Assembly (NCBI RefSeq): GCF_009914755.1
Contig: NC_060927.1
Strand: one strand, 5' to 3'
DNA from: the human T2T-CHM13v2.0 reference genome, Homo sapiens
DNA: 64,000 bases
Under the pieces are notes generated by a model that saw only the letters and a program-made list of their open reading frames with translations, searched no databases and was not told where the DNA came from. Shown piece after piece: positions 54,216 to 64,000 of the stretch (position 1 is the first letter of the stretch; each line of letters starts with the position of its first letter). Made by a program: the position numbers and the translations under genes.

Positions 54216-54580
54216 TGTGATGGTTAATACTGAGTGCCAACTTGATTGGATTGAAGTATACAAAGTATTGATCCTGGGTGTGGCTATGAGGGTGTGTGTC
54301 AAAGGAGATTAACATTTGAGGCAGTGGACTGGGAAAGGCAGACCTACACTTAATCTGGGTGGGCACAATCTAATCAGCTGCCAGTGTGGCTAGAATATAA
54401 GCAGGCAGAAAAATGTGAAAAGAAAGACTGACCTAGCCTCCCAGCCTACATATTTCTCCCATGCTGGATGCTTCCTGCCCTCCAATGTCGGACTCCAAGT
54501 TCTTCAGTTTTGGAACTTGGACTGACTCTCCTTGCTCCTCAGCCAATAGGCAGATGGCATGTGAGTTAATACTTAATGAA

Positions 54581-54630
<50 letters not shown>

Positions 54631-54767
54631 TTCCATTATTTGTGTCCCTCTAGAGAACCCTGATTAATACATTTGGAACTTGGACTGACTCTCCTTGCTC
54701 CTCAGTCAATAGGCAGATGGCCTGTTGTGGCAACTTGTGATCATGTGAGTTAATACTTAATGAACTC

Positions 54768-54798
<31 letters not shown>

Positions 54799-54869
54799 TA
54801 TATATACACATATATATATATATATTCATTCCATTATTTGTGTCCCTCTAGAGAACCCTGATTAATACA
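54216..54869 (+). mobile_element. MLT2A (HERV-L) solo LTR with tandemly duplicated 3' end
   Basis: tgtgatggttaatactgagtgccaacttgattggattgaag...ctagagaaccctgattaataca; TSD ctacc/ttacc; internal (TA)n. Confidence 0.93.
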
Positions 54870-55697
54870 TTACCTGAAGCAGTCTACAGATTCATTGTAA
54901 TCCCCAATGACATTCTTCACAAAAATAGGAAAAAACAATTCTAAAATTTATATGGAATCACAAAGTACTCAGAATAGTCAAAGCTACCCTGAACAAAAAG
55001 AACAAAACTGAAGGAAGCACATTACCTGACTTCAAATCATACTGCAGAGCATTAGTAACTGAAACAGCAAGGTACTGGCATAAAAACAGACACATAAACC
55101 AATGGAACAGAAAAGAGAACCCAGAAACAAATCCACATACCTGGAGTGAACTTATTTTTGAAAAGGGTGCCAAGAAAATACGCTGGGGAAAAGACAATAA
55201 CTTCAATAAATGGTGCTGGATAAATAAATGAAAAACTGGATATCCATATGCGGAAGAATGAAACTAGACCCCTATTGCTTGCCATATACAAAAATCAAAT
55301 AAAAATGGATTGAAGACTTAAATCTAAGACCTCAAACTATGAAACTACTACAAGAAAACATGGAGAAACTCTCAAGGACATCAGTTTGGGCAAAAATTTT
55401 TTGAGTAACACCCCACAAGTACAGGCAACCAGAGCAAAAATGGGGAAATGGAATCACATCAAGATAAAAAGTTTCTGCACAGCAAAGGGTACAATTGACA
55501 AAGTGAAGAGATGACCCACAGAATGGGACAAGATATTTGCAAACTACCCAACTGACAGGATTAATAACTAGAATATATAAGGAACTCAAACAGGAAAAAA
55601 ATATAATCTGATTTAAAAATGAGCAAAAGATTTAAGTAGATATTTATCAAAAGAAGATATAGAAATGGCAAACGGACACATGAAAACGTGGTCAACA

Positions 55698-56049
<352 letters not shown>

Positions 56050-56760
56050 TCATCTCACCCCAGTAAAAATTACTTTTATCCAAAAGCCAAGCAACAACAT
56101 ATGCTCTCAAGGATGTGGAGAAAAGGGAACCCTTGTACACTGTTGGTAGAAATGTATATACAACCACCATAGACAGCAGTTTGGAGATTCCTCCAAAAAC
56201 TGAAAATAGAACTACCATACAATCCAGCAATATCACCGCTCGGTATATACCCAAAATAAATCAGCATATCAAAGAGATGTCTGCATTCCCATGTTTGTTG
56301 CAGCACTGTTAACAACAGCCAACATTTGGAAACAAGTGTCCATCAGATGAATGGATAAAGAAAATGTGGTATATTAACACAATGGAGTGCTATTCAGCCA
56401 TAAAAAGAATGAGATCCTGTCATTTGCAACAACGTGGATGGAACTGGAGGTCATTATGTTAAGTGAAATAAGCCAAGTAGAGAAAGACAAGCATCACATG
56501 TTGTCACGTATTTGTAGGGTCTAAAAATCAAAACAATTGAACTCATAGAGATAAGAATAGAACGTTGGTTACCAGAGACTGGAAAGGGTATTGGGGTGAC
56601 GGGAGGTGGAGATGGTTAATTAATACAAAAAAAAGTTAGAATGAATAAAACCTATTATTTGATAACACAACAGGGTGACTATAGTCAATACTAATTTAAT
56701 TGTGAATTTAAAAATAACTATATAGATAAATTATATTATTTGTAATAAAGGATAAATGCT

Positions 56761-57128
56761 TGATATGGTTTGGCCATGTCCCCACCCAAATCTCATCTTG
56801 AATTGTAGTTTCCATAATCCCCACGTGTTGTGGGAGGGACCAGGTGGAGATAATTAAGTCATGGGGGTGGTTTTCCATCCTTTTCCGTGATAGTTAATTA
56901 GTTTTCATGAGATCTGATGTTTTATAAGGGGCTTCCCCCTTCACTGGGCACTCATTCTTCTCTTTCCTGCTACCATGTGAAAAAAGATGTGTTTGCTTCT
57001 CCATCTGCCATTATTGTAATTTTCCTGAGGCCTCCTCAGCCCTGCAGAACAGTGAGCCAATTAAACCTCTTTTCTTTATAAATTACCCAGTCTCAGGTAT
57101 TTCTTCATAGCAGCATGAGAATAATAAA
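56761..57128 (+). mobile_element. THE1 (C/D-like) MaLR solo LTR
   Basis: tgatatggtttggccatgtccccacccaaatctcatcttgaattgtag...aattaaacctcttttctttataaattacccagtctcagg; perfect 5-bp TSD atgct. Confidence 0.95.
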
Positions 57129-57689
57129 ATGCTTGAGGGGATGAATACCCTGTTTTCCATAATGTGATTATTACACATTGCATGCCTGTATCAAAATATC
57201 TCATCTACTCCATAAATATATACCTCACTGTATCTCCAAAAATTAAAAATAAGATACTAAAGTAATGAAACAAATGAAGTGATATTAAAAAATTGCACAT
57301 TTTAGGTAGCAAAAAATTAATAGGTGTAGAATATGTATTCTGGATCTGAGTATTTTTTTTCTTTTATATTATGGTACTTTTTGCCATGATCTACATCCAA
57401 GCTCTTATGAAGAAATATCCAACAAGCTGGGGAACCATATGGCAAATTATGTGTCATTATTATTATAATTTTCTGTGCCATATTCTCAGCCCTATGTCTT
57501 ACTCCAGACACTACTGTGGTTACCAGCTCTAGCAGGCTTTGTCTGGTTACATGTTGGTGCAACCTGACAGTGTCTTGCTTTAGGGCCATACTACATACCT
57601 CTTGCTTCCTTCTCTGTATATTCTTTGATATCAAGGAAAAGAACATCTTCTCAGCATTCACGTGTGTGCAACATGGAAGCATGGCTGAG

Positions 57690-57993
57690 TCATTGTTGAT
57701 ATGATCACCAATGAATAATGAGGGACAGGAACCCATGGCTAAATGCTTTCCTCCTTGTACACCAAGTGGAGTATTCTGAAATGCATTTTAGAAATGTTCT
57801 TAGGAGATCCCAGAGAATTGAGTACCAGTTGCCTGTAATGATGGACAGCTCAGCATCATCACATTCTTGTATTTGCTTTCTCTCTCCTTTCTTATCCCCC
57901 ACACCTATCTTCCTCATGCTCTCTGGAATTACTTCCCAAATATATTATACAGCTTTGCCTTGGGCTCTGCTTTACGGGGAATCCAAGTTAAGA
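57690..57993 (+). mobile_element. LTR16-like ERVL LTR fragment
   Basis: gggacaggaacccatggctaaatgc...tctggaattacttcccaaata...ctctgctttacggggaatccaagttaaga. Confidence 0.7.
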
Positions 57994-58009
57994 TGATGTA
58001 TGAATAGTG

Positions 58010-58190
58010 ACTTTTTAGTATATCTTGTGCTCCAGGTCCTTTGTAAACGTTTTCTCATTATGTCTTTGTAGAAATCCTGTGAAATAATGTAGTTTGCCCT
58101 GCAGAAACTGAGGCATAAAGAATTTAATCCTTTGCCAATTAGGACACAGCTAATATGTGAACTTAGAATTCAAATCTTTATTTTTATAAA
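58010..58190 (-). mobile_element. MIR relic
   Basis: atcctgtgaaata...gaaactgaggcataaaga...acacagctaatatgtg...gaattcaaa. Confidence 0.7.
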
Positions 58191-58272
58191 TATAATGCTC
58201 ATTCTTATTCTTTCACTCAGGAATTTCAAACTTAAATGCCTTCAAGGACCAGGTAATTTAAATGCATGGAAA

Positions 58273-58799
58273 TGATGCAGGATTTTTTGTTGCCACTTTG
58301 CCAACCGAGGACCTCCATGGCTGGTGATGCATCCCCCCTGCCTGGGCCTCACTTGGCCCTGGGCCTGCTGCTGGAGGTGCCTTGTCCACTCAGATGGCCT
58401 GTGCTATAGCTTGTACTTGCATTTGGTAGTTCCTGAGCTCTTGTTCTGCAACCAACTGCACCCTGCAGTTGGGTGGTTTCTCTCTCAGTGTGACTGAGTC
58501 TGGGGCATTTCATGGGCTCAGAATAGGGGAATGCATGCTGATTGGTTAAGTATGCAAAAAGGTTAAAGGCACCACTCAAAGGAGGTCATAACAGTGTTAA
58601 AAAAAATAACAGAGAAAGGTAGATATATGTGAAATAGGTGAAGTATGGGGATCAATCAGAGGAAAGTGCACCAAACAGGAAGACAGTTTCTCAATCTGGT
58701 GCAAGGATTTACTTGGGACTGTGTTTGGCTTGAAAGTGGGGTTTCACTGGGGACCCAACCCTATCTGCCTAGGTATTTGTCTGCCTCCTATTGCTATCA
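58273..58799 (-). mobile_element. ERV1 3' LTR (LTR27/MER52-related)
   Basis: Minus strand reads tgatagcaataggaggcagacaaatacctagg...aaaatcctgcatca; directly adjacent polypurine tract. Confidence 0.85.
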
Positions 58800-61700
58800 T
58801 TTTCCCCCTCTGAAGAGGTACATCTAACTGTTGTTAGAATAGAGATAAAAACCGATCTTGACTGCTTCCTGCTGACAGGGTGCTGTTTTGGGAACATGGT
58901 AGTCAGATCTCCTTCAGAGGACTATCTAAGGGTCCACAGTAAAAGGGAGTCGTAGTCTGAGACTCTGGTTTCATGACCATTTGGAGTTTGGTGGCCTGAA
59001 GGCAAGAAGAGACAAACCAGGTTATTAGAAGATATGTATCAAAATGAAACAAGAGGGTAAGGACTTAAGGGGGTAAGCTTAAGAATCCTGAGGCTGTTGG
59101 GATGCCCAGATAACTGGTGGTGATAGTTATGCCTGCTAAGATTTGGGCTCATGGGGCTTGGCTTTGGTTAGCTCCCTTGGTCTTATTTTCGCATGCAAGG
59201 AAACCTCCAGGTTATGACACCTTATTTACTATTACCTGGCAGGATTTGTAGGATAATTGCTCAGAGTTAGAATAATGATCCAGATTTTTACATTATCCAT
59301 ACCTTTTGTTTCTTTTGAGCTATAGTCAAAGATCACTGGTTGGTTCACAGGAATAATCAGGGTTAGTCTAAAATGTATGTCAAAAACTTAAAAACAACTA
59401 ATGTAACTAGAATTTAATAAGTGCATGATAAGTTTTGAAACATAATTTTTCTCTCTCCAGTCCTCATTTTTGTCAGAAGCAAATCATGATAGGACTGAGT
59501 TGTTTTCACAATGAACTTTAGTCTTATACTTGGCCTGATTATTTGCATAAAGTGCAGCAAAAATAACTATTTTTCACATAGGCTTTTAAAATTGCTTTGA
59601 TGGAACTCTGTGCCACAAGAAATCTCAGGTGAGACCTTTTAAAGCTAAGCCCATCTGTGGGTTTGTACCCTCAAATACCTATGAGTTAGGTAAATTCCTC
59701 TATTCTTAAGGTTCCAAGATAGCTTGAGGCTCCTGGACCTGTTAGAAAGTGACTTTCTTTACTCATCACAGGTTAGGAACCCTGTATGGGGACTGTGTAG
59801 ATAAGGTGTGAGGCCAGTTTTCCAAAAGGACTTTTATTGGCTCTGCAAGTCAAGCTTGATTTCCTAAAAGAAAGCATGCCATTCCAGTCAGAGCCTCAGT
59901 AAAACAACCAGTTTCTGCAATTCTGTCCTGTTGCAAAAGAAAATTCATTCTTATTGCACTGATGCAAATAACTATATTGCCATAAGTTAAGAATACTCAC
60001 ATAGTTTCTGAATTCTGGGGAAGCCAGGCAGAGAGAAACAGATATGTTCCAAATTTTGTTCACAGGATGATACCTTACTCAATTGCTAAAAGGTGGATAG
60101 CTCAAGAGAAAACTTTCTTTGACTCTGAAAAACAAAAAAAGGATCAGCAATGTTTTAAGCAAAAAGCTAAAAAAGATTACTTCAGTTTTCTGTTAGTTCA
60201 GTCCACTCAATTAACTCTTGTTCTGCTTGATATTCATGAATATTTCAACCCTTCATGGGTCCTGAATGATTTTCCATTATTCCAATGTCACAATCCCCAA
60301 AGGTATCAGGAACCTACATTTAAGAGCACCTCTCAAAGTCCTATAGCTGATTATAAACCATCTTTTGAAAAGGATCAAAGCAAGACAACAATTGTCTGTG
60401 AATGAAAAAATGTCCAGGGTATTTACAGTCAAAAACATGATTGACAAAGAAATTTGGTTATTTCTGTTGTTTACAATAACAACATACAACAACATAATAA
60501 CATTAATTGTGATTAATAGCATATACTCAGATGTTAGGATTTTAGAAATTCCATAAAATTTTGGAACATATATTAGTATTATTAACTAAAATATAACCTG
60601 AAGAAGATTAAACATTATTTTTATTTTGGCAATCCATGTAACTAAACATGTCAAATAATCCTGTTTAACTCTCTTTTGGATGCTCCAGGGACCCTCTGTG
60701 GCATCCAAAATTAGGAGTAAGAAAAGACAATTTTTGAAGCTGAAATTTGATTTGGGGAAGGCTGTTAAACATATTAGAGGTTTAAAACACTTGACATTAT
60801 GAAATAGAATTCCAGATTACCATAAGTTATTTAGCCAAAATGATGACTCAAAGATACTTTAAAAAGGCAAAATCCTTTACTCATTAAGAGGAAGACTTAG
60901 TTTTCCAAACAATCTGTCTTCTGTCTTCTTCTTCTTTTTTCAGTATTTACAAGGCAAATGAAAAATTTTCATTATCCTTTACTAGTACACGTAAATCTTG
61001 TTCATAGGAGAGAAAGCCAATTTTCCCCCTTTCATTAGTCAACTATTAATGTCAACCTCAGTTTTTAAAAAATAAAACATTATAGATAATTCTGTCTAAT
61101 CTTAACCAGTTTGACCATGAGGTGAGATTCTTATAAACCCTTTATAACTCTTTTCAAATTTTTGTTAGAGAAGATCAGTACCTTAAGAAAACCTTGTTGT
61201 GCTTTTGTTTCATGCTCAATTTATGGAAAAACCACATAATGCCCTTTTGAATTTAGTCAGTATGTTCACGTAAAGAATTTCTTGTGCAAGATTAATTTTA
61301 CAAACCTTCCACAACTTGTTTAAACCTTTAGCTTTATCTTATCTAATTTAAAACAATACTTTAACCTTCTAAGCTAGGCACAAATTTATATTCCCATGCC
61401 TTCTTATAATATTTTACTAAAAACACATTTTACTTACCTTACACACCTTGCATGTTAATCTGTTTTCATTAGTCTCAATTATGTGTTATAATGGTGACTC
61501 AGCAATTTTTAATTTTAATGTAAAACCTTTTAGGTTATTTTAATTAAATACTAGGTGCAGATAAGGTTTGGCTCTTTCCAGCATAGCTAGGGGAATGGTT
61601 AATTCCATATGTCCCCAGCCCTCACCAGACTGTAAAGCCGGCCAGTTGAACAATTTTCAAAAGACAAAGGAAGCAGTTTATGACCTTAAAGCATTTAGCA

Positions 61701-63660
61701 AACCTAATATCTGAACATAATTTAGACCACATATTTACATTTCGAAGACATTTGTATTTTACCAATCTTTCAAACTGTGTTTTTATTTCTTAAAGATTAA
61801 AGTCACTTGAACTAAAAGGCATTACAGCTTTTATTTTTTCTTTAAAAATATTTGATCTAGTGCTTATTTTGTTTAAACCAATTCATTAGAGCTCTTTTTA
61901 ATGTAAACATCACACACATAACACATATAAAACTACACAGACAGACAGAAGAAGATTCAGTAGTTGTAAGAATTTTTTGCATGCAGTTTCTAGGGCCTAA
62001 TAAGCAGGTATAGCTGGAAGATAAAAACAGATTTTGAGAGGGATATATCCATTTTTCATTCCTGGGATTCCATAAGAAAAACAGAAGTTTTTTCCAAAAC
62101 AGGGTCAGTGGCACCTCCTTTGTTTTTCCCAAGGAGTCCCATGCTCTCAGAAGTTATCTTAGGGCCACTTGTGTGCAGTAAGAGTGGCAAAACAAGATGG
62201 AGAAAAATAATTCAGTTGACCGAGAAGAAAAAAAAAACATTTTTTTCCCAGCAAAACAAAAATCCAAGGAGAGAAAAGACATAAAGGAATTTTAGATCTA
62301 CCTACATCTTGGATATCCACTTTTAGTTAAGCTGACTTTTAACCATAGTGCTCTTAAAAAATCCTTTAAAATCCATTATTACCTGACTTTAGCCATGCCA
62401 AGTGGCCAATATTTCTGGCTTTTAGACTTTACCAAAAGTAACCTCACAGGTGAAACCAACAAGTCTCAACTAAGGTTATGACTTAAGTGTGAGTGTAGGA
62501 GGTATTTTCAAAGAGGTGGTAAGGAGTTTCTACAAAATCTAGAATCTTTAAAGGTAGCTCAGAGAAAGGAAGATTTAAGAAAGGAAGCTAGAGGTTGTTC
62601 ATGGAGGGAAAGAGAATCAGCACATGGTGAAAGTCACACAGATATTAACCAGAAGGTACTCATTTCCTAAGCCAGGATTGAACCCGGGTCTCCACTGTAA
62701 ATTGGCATAGACCAGAAGAAAGTACTGCCACATGGTTACAAGGGCAAGCTCCCAAGGACATAAAACAAGATGGAGACCTCATCCAATTTTTTTTCTTCAG
62801 AGACCTGTGGCAGAGTTTTTTACTGACCAGTTTTCCAGGCTGGCTTAAACAGTGGGCTTATGGGGCCATAGGCCTGCATTCTCTCCTAACGTACCCCTCT
62901 TTCTGATAGAAAGATACAGAAAGACAAGTTCTTAGCACACAGTACAACAGATTCACTACAGCTTAAGACTAGCCTCACAAATCCCTTTGTCCATTAATTA
63001 AAACTTTACAGAGGATATAAATAGTGATTTTTACCATTTCTTTTACCAGTTTTCACAGGGAGAGAGTGGCTAGAAGTCTGACTGGCAAGAACTTTTACCC
63101 TTTTGCTGGCATGTCAGGCTTCTCTGTTCCCTTCCCCCAAGCTCAATTTTAAGCCAAGTAGTTTAAGGTTTGGGAGAATTGAACTTTTCCCAATTTGGGG
63201 GATGCATCCAAGGGGAGTGTTCTGTGGTAATGGGACACAATTACTCATCTGTGAAAAGATAACAGAGGAGAAAAAAGGAAAAAGAAGGGCTTTTTTTTTT
63301 TTTTTTTTTTTAAAGGAGTCTCAGTGATTCAGGATGGATTCAAGAGATGTGTAGACTGAAGATGACTGGTTACCCATCTGGAAAGAGGGGAAAAAGGCAT
63401 CCCTTAGTTCCCTTTTCTTCCCAGCAAATACCCAGGGTACAAGAGGGAGAGGAAAAACGGTATCCCCCTTTTCCTTTCATCCTTATGTCCCCGAGTCCCA
63501 GTGACCTCAGCAGGGTGCCTCCCATGGGTGCCAATGAGGCTTTCACCTGTGTAACAGGGAGGCCTAGAGGGTAGGAATTATCTGCACTCACCTACATGCT
63601 GGCTTATCCTTTCTGCTGTCAGTAACCTCGTCTATGCCATGGATACAGGCAAGACCTCCA
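58800..63660 (-). mobile_element. MER4-group ERV1 internal region (no recognisable gag/pol/env ORF)
   Basis: PPT (rc agagggggaaaa) at 58800-58811 abutting the LTR; long AT-rich MER4-type internal sequence; leader-like region with splice donor (rc tag|gtgagt) near 63585. Confidence 0.8.
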
Positions 63661-63669
63661 TTCAGGCTC

Positions 63670-63883
63670 CTCTCCTCCTCCTAGCCTGGTTATGTCTTAT
63701 TATCTTTACAGAAGTGGTTGAGTTTTGAGGAAGGGCTATTATCATTTAAACTATCTTAATTCCAGGAATAATCAAGGCAGCATGAAGGCAAAAGGCAAGA
63801 GGTAGGTTTTGGGTTCCCTAGATCAGATCTCCTCATTGCCATTATTTTCTCACTGTTATAATACTTTTTGAAAAGGCAGTTTC
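63670..63883 (-). mobile_element. 5' part of a different MER4-group LTR (LTR8-related)
   Basis: rc gaaactgccttttcaaaaagtattataacagtgagaaaataatggcaatgaggagatctgatcta. Confidence 0.65.
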
Positions 63884-64000
63884 TACATTTTCTTTTCCCT
63901 TTCATGGGATTTTTAGGGTGGTGTTTATCACTTTGACATTCACACTGTCACTTGCTTTGGGAAGTACCTCCTAGGAAACTGGATAATTTACCTCTGTTGG

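Noticed and set aside
57317-57736. 139-aa minus-strand ORF
   Set aside because: Starts inside an LTR16-like relic; no domain or coding signature.
60067-60556. ORFs inside the ERV internal region
   Set aside because: No gag, pol or env motifs; the main ones are antisense to the provirus in AT-rich sequence.

Overview
This is primate nuclear DNA, probably catarrhine and human-like: it carries AluJ/AluS/AluY, L1PA, THE1 and MLT2A elements. It is AT-rich, with no CpG island and no protein-coding exon, RNA gene or processed pseudogene that I can support, so it reads as intergenic or deep-intronic. Much of the window is transposable-element derived. There is a full-length but dead L1PA7-like LINE-1 (37722-44160, minus) nested in an older L1PA. 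A near full-length L1MA-type LINE-1 (~49365-57250, plus) is interrupted by two Alus, an MLT2A LTR and a THE1 LTR. A MER4-group ERV1 proviral remnant lies at 58273-~63660 (minus). Solo LTRs, Alu/FLAM copies and ancient L2/MIR/DNA-transposon relics are scattered throughout. Nearly all listed ORFs are repeat fragments. I found no evidence of a new gene system. The unexplained signals are recent, near-perfect local rearrangements on old DNA: a perfect 43-bp-arm hairpin in L1 ORF2, an 82-bp templated copy 3.1 kb from its source, a tandemly duplicated MLT2A 3' end and a fused inverted Alu pair. Also notable are an open ORF0-like frame in the L1 antisense promoter, a perfect 15-bp TSD on an ancient L1, a non-B-DNA cluster and an AP-1-motif-rich stretch. 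Subfamily names are from recalled consensus sequences and need RepeatMasker/Dfam confirmation; boundaries of old elements are approximate.
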